Source: an uncultured Candidatus Saccharibacteria bacterium (GTDB lineage Bacteria > Patescibacteriota > Minisyncoccia > Phycocordibacterales > DATDWN01). Taken from it: a DNA stretch of 50,484 bases. A model generated the notes under the pieces. That model was not told the origin of the DNA, ran no database searches, and saw only the letters and a program-made list of their open reading frames with translations. Numbering within the stretch: position 1 is the first letter of the stretch; the number at the start of each line of letters is the position of its first letter. Both the position numbers and the translations under genes were made by a program. Shown here in pieces: positions 35,220 through 43,219 of this stretch. The stretch lies in the NCBI GenBank assembly GCA_964576615.1, contig CAZNUU010000005.1, forward strand, positions 1 to 50,484, read 5' to 3'.

Positions 35220-36932
35220 TTATAACATGTTCACTTCTTCAAACGGAATAATCTGATGCATGGCTTTAACAATTGCATCCTCTTTCATGGTGAGCATTCC
35301 CTTTGACCTTGCCAGTTTTGAGATTTCGATCTCATTACCACCCTTCAAGATGAGGTTCTCCAAATCCTTATCCATTTCCATAACCTCCATAACTGCAATC
35401 CTGCCTCTGGTACCATTTGGACACTCTGCACTTTCCCCTGTCTTATAAACATCTTTGGTAAAATCAATCTCTTCTAAGTACTTGGACGGCAGATCTTGAA
35501 ATTGTTTATCAATCATCATCTTTATACTACCTTCAACCGGAGTCTTTACCCCCGCCTCTGGACACAATTTAAGCGCGAGTCTCTGAGCCATAGCCAAAAT
35601 AAGTGTTGGTCCAATAAGATAAGGATCGATGCCCATATCAATAAGTCGCGGGATGACTCCTAAGGCGTTATTGGTGTGAATGGTGGAAAGAACCAAATGT
35701 CCGGTTAGAGCTGCCTGAATAGCTAGCTGAGCAGTTTCCTTGTCTCGTATCTCACCAACCATGATTACATCCGGGTCCTGTCTCAAGGTCGTTCTTAGAC
35801 CCGAGGCGAAAGTGTAACCAATTTCGGCTTGAACTTGGGATTGAGAAATTCCCTCGATGTTGTACTCGATCGGGTCTTCCAAAGACAGCACGTTTTGATG
35901 CTCTTTATCTACTTCGTTTAACATCGCATACAAAGTTGTAGTCTTTCCCGAACCAGTTGGACCGGAGATTAGAATTAAACCATAAGGTCTTTTTATCGCC
36001 TTTCTTATAAGACTAAGATTTTTAGTACTTAGGCCAAGATCATCTAAAGTTTTTATACCCTTCTCCTGATCCAAAAGTCTCATCACAACTTTTTCACCAA
36101 AATATGTTGGAAAAGTGGAAACACGGAAATCTATTTTTCTGCCTTCTACTCTGGTAGTGAAACGTCCGTCCTGTGGTTTTCTTTTTTCATCCAATCTCAT
36201 ATTGGAGAGAATTTTTATTCTAGCTACTACAGCTGGATGCGTTTTGAGAGGCAAGGTAAGGGATGTATTCATCACCCCATCTACACGAAAGCGGACTTTG
36301 ACTTGTTCCCGCCATGGTTCAATGTGAACGTCTGAAGCGTTACCGTCTGTGGCATAACGCAAAATGGTTGCCACTATTTTTGTAATTGGAGCATCCTCCG
36401 CAATTTGCTTGGATTTTTCAATCCCTATATCTTCTTCTTTTTCTTCAGCTTGTTGTGTCTCTGTGGTAAGTTCTGTTTCTAGTTCAGAGAGTGACTTAGA
36501 GACTTCAGCAGAAAGACCTTTGTATTGGGCAAAAACTTTATTGAAGTCAGCTTCACTTATGAGAAAAACCTTAAATGGCATGCCAACTTTTGAAGAGATA
36601 AAATTAAGCGCATCTTTTGCTTCAATGTCATCTGGGTCAACCATTCCAATTTCCAAAACCCCCGCGGAGACACCCAACGGCACGAAACGATAGTGCGCTG
36701 CAGAATCCTCTGGAATATAATAAAGAGTTTTTTCTGCAACTAACTCAGTAATATTACGAGTTGGAATATCAAAATACTCCCCCTTTGCTTCCAAGATATC
36801 ATGCGGGGAGACACCTCTTTTAATGAGGGCCTCTTCAATGGTTACTCCCTGCGCAACTGCCTCATCTGTAATTTTGGTTATTTCTTTTTTAGGGAATATA
36901 CCTTTATCTACAAGTATTTTAAGTATATCCAT
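35220..36932 (-). CDS. pilB: Assembly ATPase PilB (GspE family)
   Basis: N-terminal domain, ASDVHIEP, GPTGSGKTTT, RQDPDVIMVGEIRD, TGHLVLSTIHTN. Confidence 0.92.
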   Translation of the reverse strand: MDILKILVDKGIFPKKEITKITDEAVAQGVTIEEALIKRGVSPHDILEAKGEYFDIPTRNITELVAEKTLYYIPEDSAAHYRFVPLGVSAGVLEIGMVDPDDIEAKDALNFISSKVGMPFKVFLISEADFNKVFAQYKGLSAEVSKSLSELETELTTETQQAEEKEEDIGIEKSKQIAEDAPITKIVATILRYATDGNASDVHIEPWREQVKVRFRVDGVMNTSLTLPLKTHPAVVARIKILSNMRLDEKRKPQDGRFTTRVEGRKIDFRVSTFPTYFGEKVVMRLLDQEKGIKTLDDLGLSTKNLSLIRKAIKRPYGLILISGPTGSGKTTTLYAMLNEVDKEHQNVLSLEDPIEYNIEGISQSQVQAEIGYTFASGLRTTLRQDPDVIMVGEIRDKETAQLAIQAALTGHLVLSTIHTNNALGVIPRLIDMGIDPYLIGPTLILAMAQRLALKLCPEAGVKTPVEGSIKMMIDKQFQDLPSKYLEEIDFTKDVYKTGESAECPNGTRGRIAVMEVMEMDKDLENLILKGGNEIEISKLARSKGMLTMKEDAIVKAMHQIIPFEEVNML

Positions 36933-36950
36933 CTCGATTCTATTTTAGAT

Positions 36951-37256
36951 CTACTGACTTGCGATTGAATCTTGGCCGATTGGTAAGAACGGATTAGGTC
37001 TGCCTTGAGCTTCCGGCAAAATAAGCGGTGACCTGTCGGTAAGATGAGTTATCAAATCCGATGAGAAAATCGAAGTATCAAAATTAAAAACTTTTAGTTT
37101 ATCGACCAGGACCAATATATCCTGACCAACTACTGGTTCATTCAAGGTCGCGCTCGGTGCTGCTGGTGTTCCAGCAAATAAATTGTAGGCAAAATAACCT
37201 ACCACCGCCGTTACAAGTATGGTCAATATTATTTTTTGAAGTTGTGGAGTAACCAT
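36951..37256 (-). CDS. PilP-position hypothetical protein
   Basis: TM helix and GRPNPF motif, located between pilO and pilB. Confidence 0.6.
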   Translation of the reverse strand: MVTPQLQKIILTILVTAVVGYFAYNLFAGTPAAPSATLNEPVVGQDILVLVDKLKVFNFDTSIFSSDLITHLTDRSPLILPEAQGRPNPFLPIGQDSIASQ

Positions 37257-37258
37257 GG

Positions 37259-37819
37259 TTATTTGAGTGAATAAGTATTTAATGAAAGATTGTAATCCAT
37301 GCTATCCAGTGCGACCTTTTGGTTAGGGCCGGATGACTGGGGACTCAGGCTAAGACTAACCACATCGACTAGACGTAAGCTTGTCTCCAAGTCCTCCAGA
37401 AATTTTACAAATTTATTGTATGGTCCAGACACTGCAAACGAAACTATTTGAGTTTTGTAAGCGCTTGGAGAGCTATTTACAACATCAACCGGATTAACTG
37501 AGGAGTCACTCGCGGAAATACTCTTAAGTATTAAGCCATACCTTGAAGCTAGAGCATTTATGTCATTGGCAAAATTAACAGCACTGAAACTGGCTGGAAT
37601 TATTTTATCCAATCGATCCATATCCTCTGGAGAAATATTGTTGTACTGCTCGATTATTTTATCTCTCTTAGCTTTTATCTCTTTGGCTTGGTTTAAGACG
37701 TTCGTGTACTCGTCTTTTTTGAGAGTCAAAGCCTTTACTTCCATTAGTTCAGGACTAATGAAATAGACATAGGTTAGAAAACAAACTCCTATTACTACAA
37801 TGGGCATTATTATTTTCAT
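37259..37819 (-). CDS. PilO-like protein
   Basis: TM plus coiled coil, G.Y..F..FL..LE.S.RL.DV motif. Confidence 0.8.
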   Translation of the reverse strand: MKIIMPIVVIGVCFLTYVYFISPELMEVKALTLKKDEYTNVLNQAKEIKAKRDKIIEQYNNISPEDMDRLDKIIPASFSAVNFANDINALASRYGLILKSISASDSSVNPVDVVNSSPSAYKTQIVSFAVSGPYNKFVKFLEDLETSLRLVDVVSLSLSPQSSGPNQKVALDSMDYNLSLNTYSLK

Positions 37820-37820
37820 A

Positions 37821-38426
37821 TTATTGACTTGGAGCTATCGCCTCGACTGCTTTTTTATACGAAACCACTTCGGGCAAAAGATTAGCCATAAAACTTACTG
37901 TGACATTGCCATCGTCTATTGGGCTGAAGTTTGAAAACTGTGCATTTTTTACAAAATCACTTTGGGTAAAGATATTCTGCTGTTGCACTAGTGCATTATA
38001 ACTTCTAGCTTGAGCCTTCATTGATATAGTAGATAACCCTGCAGCACTTTTGTAACTCAGGTTATCTATTTTCATATTTTTCAAAGTGTCACTCTCCATT
38101 AAATGGAGAAATTTGGAAACAACTACGTGGTTGTCCAGAAGAGTTTTAGCCGCCACCATCCTCGCATTGAAATCGAAAAGCTCCTTTATTTTATCTGGTT
38201 GAAAAGCAGCCCTGGCCTGATCTACTTTTTTGTCTCCGTCCGCAATTTGGCTCTGCAGGAGGCTTTTGTAGAAATAGAGGGCTCCGGCAGATAGGATAGT
38301 GACCAAGAAGATTATGGTGGCAATGATAGTAAATATATTTGTCTGCCTGACTACAGCAAACCCCGTAGATTGACCAGGCACAATCGGTTTTTTAGGAATG
38401 AACGATGTCTGAAACTTAGGTTCCAT
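37821..38426 (-). CDS. PilN-like protein
   Basis: MEPKFQTSFIPKK, TM helix, position between pilM and pilO. Start 38426. Confidence 0.7.
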   Translation of the reverse strand: MEPKFQTSFIPKKPIVPGQSTGFAVVRQTNIFTIIATIIFLVTILSAGALYFYKSLLQSQIADGDKKVDQARAAFQPDKIKELFDFNARMVAAKTLLDNHVVVSKFLHLMESDTLKNMKIDNLSYKSAAGLSTISMKAQARSYNALVQQQNIFTQSDFVKNAQFSNFSPIDDGNVTVSFMANLLPEVVSYKKAVEAIAPSQ

Positions 38427-38455
38427 CTTAGTTAAAATTATAATACAAATGCCCA

Positions 38456-38551
38456 AGTAGAGCTATAAAAACTGTGTATATCCGCACACTACACTTTGTT
38501 ACAGATTTCATCATGCACATAGTGCAATAACAAAGTTAGTGTGCGGATATA
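38456..38551. repeat. Intergenic element, degenerate head plus 15-bp inverted repeat (copy 3)
   Basis: AGTAGAGC-TATAAAAA head (3-nt deletion versus copy 2), perfect arms at 38477-38491 and 38537-38551, extended by an inner 9-bp pair. Confidence 0.6.
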
Positions 38552-38601
38552 AAAAGAGAAACTCCGCAAGGTGGGGTTGCGGAGTCCCCTTCCTTGCGGA
38601 G

Positions 38602-38733
38602 TCAGATGAGATGCAGTAGGCGAAGCACCATAGCGCCGATCACACCAACCACAGCCAGCACGCCTGCCCCGATGATGACCGGGTGGAGTCTGGTGTCGTT
38701 TTGTTCGGTTCTGGTGTCGTCAGTGATAGACAT
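38602..38733 (-). CDS. 43-aa GC-rich single-TM orphan peptide
   Basis: GGAGGGAGG RBS, MSITDDTRTEQNDTRLHPVIIGAGVLAVVGVIGAMVLRLLHLI, downstream hairpins. Confidence 0.55.
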   Translation of the reverse strand: MSITDDTRTEQNDTRLHPVIIGAGVLAVVGVIGAMVLRLLHLI

Positions 38734-38785
38734 AGCCTCCCTCCAATCTGAAATATAAGCCCAAGAGAATGAGTAGTCAACCAGG

Positions 38786-39895
38786 CTAGTTAACCTCTTG
38801 GAGTTTCCTAAGAGCAACACCGACTGCTACCGCAAACTCTGGTCCAGTATCCTTAAGAATCTTTTCTAGAAATGCTGGAGCCACCACCTTTGAAAAAGGA
38901 TCCCCGGCTACAACTTCAGTCTGAAACATTTCTTTAGCCGCATCGACAATACCCTTAAGAGCACTGCCGCCACCGATGAGCACCACCCTACTTACATCTT
39001 TGTTGTATTTTTTCTGGTAAGCCAAAACAACATGACTAGCTTCGGAAAAAATATAATTTAAAGTAAAGGACGCCACGTCTTTGATCTTGATTCCATTTAT
39101 TTCGCCCAAAAGTCCGCGATCTCTCTTGGCATACTCCGCATCTTCGATAGTTATTCCTAATGATTTTGACATTTCATCAGTTATGGAGTGCGAGCCTCGA
39201 TCAATCATATGGGATGAGCGCAAAATTCCACGTTCCACAATATAAAGCTTGGTGCTGGATGCTCCCATATCAACCAGCATCACCGGTTTCATATCCTGAT
39301 CCAGAATCGATCGCATGGTACTGAAAATTTCTATCTCAAAAAAACCTGCCTCGAGTTGAGTTTTCTCCACAATAGTTTTGTATTTGTTTAAAGTATCGTT
39401 GTGAATTGCCACAGCTAGAACTTCTAGTTTTGGGGGCTCGGGATTGCCTTCCATCTGCATTTCCCTAGGATTTTTTTCTTGAGGAATAATGTACCAATCC
39501 AAAGTAACTTCAGAGATTGGCACTGGAATATATTTTCGTGCCTCGAGTGGAACCATCTGGTCGAGTTGTTTTTTTGGCACAACTGGCATTGAGATAACTG
39601 CCATTAAACTTGAGGCAAAAGGGATAGCTACCCCACAAATTTTACTGGTAATGTTTACTTCTTTTTCCTTAAGCATATCTCTCACGGCTTCCACCATTTT
39701 TTCGGTCGAAAGGTTGGTTGATTCCCCCACCCCCTTACCAGTGTAAGGCCCCAGTGCAAGTTCACCGTATGTTTCCAGCACGGCCCTACCACCTTTGCGG
39801 CTAATTTGGACCATTTTTATGGAAGATGAACCTATATCTATACCAACTACACTTGCAGTTTTTTTGGAGAATAGATCACTAAAAAAATTAGCCAT
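38786..39895 (-). CDS. pilM: Type IV pilus assembly protein PilM
   Basis: VGIDIGSSSIK, EARKYIPVP, VDMGASST, LIGGGS.L, FAVAVGVALR. Confidence 0.93.
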   Translation of the reverse strand: MANFFSDLFSKKTASVVGIDIGSSSIKMVQISRKGGRAVLETYGELALGPYTGKGVGESTNLSTEKMVEAVRDMLKEKEVNITSKICGVAIPFASSLMAVISMPVVPKKQLDQMVPLEARKYIPVPISEVTLDWYIIPQEKNPREMQMEGNPEPPKLEVLAVAIHNDTLNKYKTIVEKTQLEAGFFEIEIFSTMRSILDQDMKPVMLVDMGASSTKLYIVERGILRSSHMIDRGSHSITDEMSKSLGITIEDAEYAKRDRGLLGEINGIKIKDVASFTLNYIFSEASHVVLAYQKKYNKDVSRVVLIGGGSALKGIVDAAKEMFQTEVVAGDPFSKVVAPAFLEKILKDTGPEFAVAVGVALRKLQEVN

Positions 39896-39950
39896 AATGG
39901 ATGAAAAATACTTTTTTATTGTAACACATATAGCAGGTTATAATAAACGT

Positions 39951-40607
39951 ATGGTGAAAAGACTTACCTCTCTCTGGACATATTTTCTAGACTACATCCT
40001 ACCTCAAAGGTCTGACTTCAATATCGTAAAGAGACTAGACGAAAAAGACATCGAAAACTTACCCAAAGCAAGAGATGTCCAAGATTTAGATTGGATTCAT
40101 CCCCTATTCAATTACAAAGACAACAAAGTTAGGGCAATTATCTGGGAATTGAAATACAAAAACAATACTCGTGTTTTATATTTTATTGGCAGAGGTTTAT
40201 TCGAGGAAATAATTTATTTGATTTCGGATTTAGCCCTCTTCAATAACGACGCTGGATTTCTTTTAATTCCGATTCCAATTACATCTAATAGACGAAGGGA
40301 GCGTGGTTATAATCAAAGCGAGTATATTGCCAAAGCGATTATTGAAAACGATCTAGATCATAATCTGATTTACGCTCCCCAATTTCTCTCAAAGGTGAAA
40401 GAAACTCAACGTCAGAGTCACAGTGTTTCGAAAGAAGAGAGACAGAGAAATTTATCGGGGTGCTTTGCGGCAGACTCCAGAGTCGAGGGTAAATTTGTGA
40501 TCTTGATTGATGATGTGGTTACAACTGGAGCAACTTTGTCGGAAGCGAAAAAAACTTTACTCGAAAAAGGTGCCAGAGACGTTTACGCTTTTACGATTGC
40601 TCACTGA
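39951..40607 (+). CDS. comF: ComF family phosphoribosyltransferase-like competence protein
   Basis: PIP...RRRERGYNQS, LIDDVVTTGATL. Start 39951 with TATAAT 6 nt upstream. Confidence 0.9.
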   Translation: MVKRLTSLWTYFLDYILPQRSDFNIVKRLDEKDIENLPKARDVQDLDWIHPLFNYKDNKVRAIIWELKYKNNTRVLYFIGRGLFEEIIYLISDLALFNNDAGFLLIPIPITSNRRRERGYNQSEYIAKAIIENDLDHNLIYAPQFLSKVKETQRQSHSVSKEERQRNLSGCFAADSRVEGKFVILIDDVVTTGATLSEAKKTLLEKGARDVYAFTIAH

Positions 40608-40733
40608 AAATCTCATCGAGTCATGCCTTGAGAAAAGCCTAGGGAGCGCGACGGCGTGAGCTCGAGGAAAATTTCAGTAGAAATTTATCCGTGCTTTTCG
40701 AGAGATATGACGATGGTGAGATTTTCAGTGAGC
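40599..40733. mobile_element. MITE-like 135-bp element with 17-bp terminal inverted repeats
   Basis: GCTCACTGAAAATCTCA (40599-40615) and TGAGATTTTCAGTGAGC (40717-40733). The left arm contains the comF stop. Confidence 0.65.
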
Positions 40734-40739
40734 AAAATT

Positions 40740-41285
40740 TTAGATGTTGAAAGCTGTGAAGTTGTGACCTGTGATGATCTTGTCCACCTCTTCGTAACCC
40801 GTTAAGTAGGAGTAGTTATACCTTGCTGGAATAGCGAACACATAGGTGTTATTGCGACCAATTTCACTAGGATTTATTGGTGCTGCCCCAATATGAAATT
40901 CATCTTTTTGCATACTGTTCCATTGTTTTATTGTGAACACCATAACCGGAATATCTTGACGAGGTGCTTTGTAATCCCAGTCCGGATGACGGATTGAAAC
41001 AAGTGGTCCATGCTCTGTTACAACCTGCTTACCGTTTTGAATTTCAAAACCATCCCATTCATCTTCAATAACTGTGTAATCCTTCCATGTTTTCGGCAGT
41101 GCGAAAGAAAATCCATATTCTGTGTTCTTGTATAAAATCGTGTCATTTTTAACAACTGGAGTTGTGGTCGTAGAATTATTTCCAGTAGTGGAAGTGTTTC
41201 CTGATTGTTTTGATGTTGAGTAATAAATACCGAGAGCAATTAAAATAATTACAACAAAAAGCAAAATCATTTTATACCTGTTCAT
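40740..41285 (-). CDS. Hypothetical membrane-anchored exported protein
   Basis: TM helix, Thr/Asn linker, Y.N..YGFSF.LP..W motif. Confidence 0.7.
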   Translation of the reverse strand: MNRYKMILLFVVIILIALGIYYSTSKQSGNTSTTGNNSTTTTPVVKNDTILYKNTEYGFSFALPKTWKDYTVIEDEWDGFEIQNGKQVVTEHGPLVSIRHPDWDYKAPRQDIPVMVFTIKQWNSMQKDEFHIGAAPINPSEIGRNNTYVFAIPARYNYSYLTGYEEVDKIITGHNFTAFNI

Positions 41286-41304
41286 GTGCATATTATAGCA
41301 TTTT

Positions 41305-41589
41305 CTATAAACCTAAATGGTGTACGCTCAAAATAAGAAGCCCGGTTGCTACGATTTGAGCAACTACAATTCTTTCCGTGATCATTTCATTTTCTCTCCA
41401 ATTTCTGAAGGCAAAATGAAGTACTAGTATCGGGGCTAAAACAAGCCATATTTGAAAAAGGTGGGCACCAACCCCCTCGTCTGGCTGGTAAACAACACCA
41501 TATTTTGAAACATCTAGAATAATCCAAGAAATAAAAACTACCGGCACAAGTATCGGCACCCAAGCCCCTGGTTTTTTTAAAAGATTCAT
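41305..41589 (-). CDS. Small three-TM membrane protein; ATG overlaps tRNA CCA
   Basis: MNLLKKPGAW..PDEGVGAHLFQIWL. The track start at 41682 lies across the tRNA. Confidence 0.65.
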   Translation of the reverse strand: MNLLKKPGAWVPILVPVVFISWIILDVSKYGVVYQPDEGVGAHLFQIWLVLAPILVLHFAFRNWRENEMITERIVVAQIVATGLLILSVHHLGL

Positions 41590-41680
41590 GGCGGAGACGG
41601 ATGGATTCGAACCATCGGTGCCTTTTAAGGGGCACGCCTCTTTAGCAAAGAGGTACATTAGACCACTCTGACACGTCTCC
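41589..41680 (-). tRNA. tRNA-Ser(GCT), CCA encoded
   Basis: GGAGACG/CGTCTCC acceptor, CCTCT-TTGCTAA-AGAGG anticodon arm, long variable arm, G73. Confidence 0.95.
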
Positions 41681-41773
41681 AAGTGATGTTAGATTAACAC
41701 ATATTGACGCAGTAGATAAGAGTTTATTTTATAGATACAATGATTAGTGTAATTATTCATTAAATAAATCAAA

Positions 41774-41995
41774 ATGGAAGATTTATCTCAACCAAATCAA
41801 TACACCAACGAGGATTTAGAGAGTGCCAAAAATTCAATGGACGAAGCGGAAAGAATAATACAGGCATTTAATTTCGAAGATCCTAATCATGATAAAGCAC
41901 AGGCCCAAATAAATCATGAGGACTGGAAAGAAAAGCGAACAAAGTATTTAACAATAAAACACGAACTAGAAAAAGGAGAAGGGATGGCAGCATAG
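41774..41995 (+). CDS. Small acidic hypothetical protein
   Basis: 73-aa ORF filling the gap between the divergent tRNA-Ser genes. Confidence 0.5.
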   Translation: MEDLSQPNQYTNEDLESAKNSMDEAERIIQAFNFEDPNHDKAQAQINHEDWKEKRTKYLTIKHELEKGEGMAA

Positions 41996-42000
41996 TTATT

Positions 42001-42090
42001 GGACAGATGGGTGAGTGGTTTAAACCAACGGTTTACTAAACCGTCGTACCTTAACCGGTACCGCGAGTTCGAATCTCGCTCTGTCCGCCA
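42001..42090 (+). tRNA. tRNA-Ser with ACT anticodon (A34), CCA encoded
   Basis: GGACAGA/TCTGTCC acceptor, ACGGT-TTACTAA-ACCGT anticodon arm, GTACC/GGTAC variable arm, G73. Confidence 0.9.
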
Positions 42091-42232
42091 GAGAACAAGA
42101 CGAAGTCTTGTGTCGGGATTCGAAAGACAGAGCGGGCACTAGCTCAGTAGAGCTGGTCGCGAGTCCGGGTAGGGAAAATTTTTGAGCGGCGGCGAAAAAA
42201 TTATTCCTGACCGAATCTCGCTCTGTCCGCCA
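42070..42232 (+). mobile_element. Non-coding mini-element flanked by a 21-bp direct repeat of the tRNA-Ser 3' end
   Basis: CGAATCTCGCTCTGTCCGCCA at 42070-42090 and 42212-42232, with hairpins between. Confidence 0.78.
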
Positions 42233-42319
42233 AGTAGAATTTTCTCCATTGAGCGAGTAGTGGAATTCTTATTGACTCTTGCTTAGACCTGATGTAATAC
42301 AATAGCAGGAGGACGAGAG

Positions 42320-42679
42320 ATGAAGACAGTGAATGCTTTCTTGCTCGGAACAGTGATCACACTCGGAGGTATCGCCTGCATCGAGTACCAGACGATCATC
42401 TCGCAGGCCAGCGAGCTCACGAGTCTGCGGACAGCAAAAGCAACCCTGCTCAAAGACGTGAACGAGACCAACCGGAAGTTTGGTGAAGCCGATCTCGCTC
42501 GGCAGATCAGCGAGGCCGCCTTCGAGAAGTGGCAGAAAGAATCAACCTATCTCTACACGCCGGCGATCTTGCGACAGCTGAAACCGGTGCCGCTCCCCGA
42601 CGGGACAAGCAAGGTGGTCTGGCCGAATCCGTACGACCTCCCCAAGCTTGTCGAGGCGTACTGCACCGCTCGACGCTGA
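42320..42679 (+). CDS. GC-rich orphan: TM plus coiled-coil protein
   Basis: AGGAGG RBS and a downstream GC hairpin (42714-42749). Confidence 0.6.
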   Translation: MKTVNAFLLGTVITLGGIACIEYQTIISQASELTSLRTAKATLLKDVNETNRKFGEADLARQISEAAFEKWQKESTYLYTPAILRQLKPVPLPDGTSKVVWPNPYDLPKLVEAYCTARR

Positions 42680-42713
42680 CAAGTCTCCAGTCTCGACCCA
42701 ACACAGAAACACC

Positions 42714-42749
42714 GCCGCCCGAAAGTCACCTGACTTCAAATCGGGCGGC
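42714..42749 (+). terminator. Terminator
   Basis: GCCGCCCGA/TCGGGCGGC stem followed by TTTCTTTTC. Confidence 0.65.
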
Positions 42750-42823
42750 TTTCTTTTCTTATACATAAGGAATTCTAACTTGACATTACTCGGTAATATT
42801 ATACTCTCGAGCAAGAGGAGGTT

Positions 42824-43150
42824 GTGATGGGAGCAATTGTTCTGTTGTGTGCTCTTGGGACCATTGTGTCTCTCCTGTCCCCGATGTGCACACTGATTGA
42901 AGTGGAGATGAAGGACTCAAGGTTCGTGGGGATCCCGCTTTTCATTGTCGGACTCGTCGGCTACGGGATGATCTTGCTTTCAACCAGTTCCCAGCCCGCA
43001 ATGTGGGTCGTGATGCCGCTGCTCGCGGCCTTCACGATCTACCTCATCGTGAAGGCGATGAAACTCAGACTGTTGTGCACACTGTGCATCGCAGCCTGGA
43101 TCATCAACTTTTCCATTGTCTACATCTGGGCCCGTTCTCTCCTGGTCTAA
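42824..43150 (+). CDS. Vitamin K epoxide reductase (VKOR)-like membrane protein
   Basis: C...S.FVGIPL..VGLVGY and an LCTLC CxxC motif in the last TM region. GAGGAGG RBS; start at 42824 or 42827. Confidence 0.65.
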   Translation: MMGAIVLLCALGTIVSLLSPMCTLIEVEMKDSRFVGIPLFIVGLVGYGMILLSTSSQPAMWVVMPLLAAFTIYLIVKAMKLRLLCTLCIAAWIINFSIVYIWARSLLV

Positions 43151-43153
43151 ACA

Positions 43154-43189
43154 AATGCCTCGTGTGATCGAAAGATCACACGAGGCATT
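43154..43189. terminator. Perfect 16-bp hairpin with GAAA loop
   Basis: AATGCCTCGTGTGATC-GAAA-GATCACACGAGGCATT. Confidence 0.7.
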
Positions 43190-43219
43190 CGATTTTTAAA
43201 AAATGCTATGATATTTCCT

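Noticed and set aside
41685-41694. GATGTTAGAT next to the tRNA-Ser 5' end
   Set aside because: Partial match on the wrong side of the tRNA.
42320-42768. Rz/Rz1 spanin-like overlapping pair
   Set aside because: The overlapping ORF has no signal peptide or lipobox, and no lysis genes are nearby.
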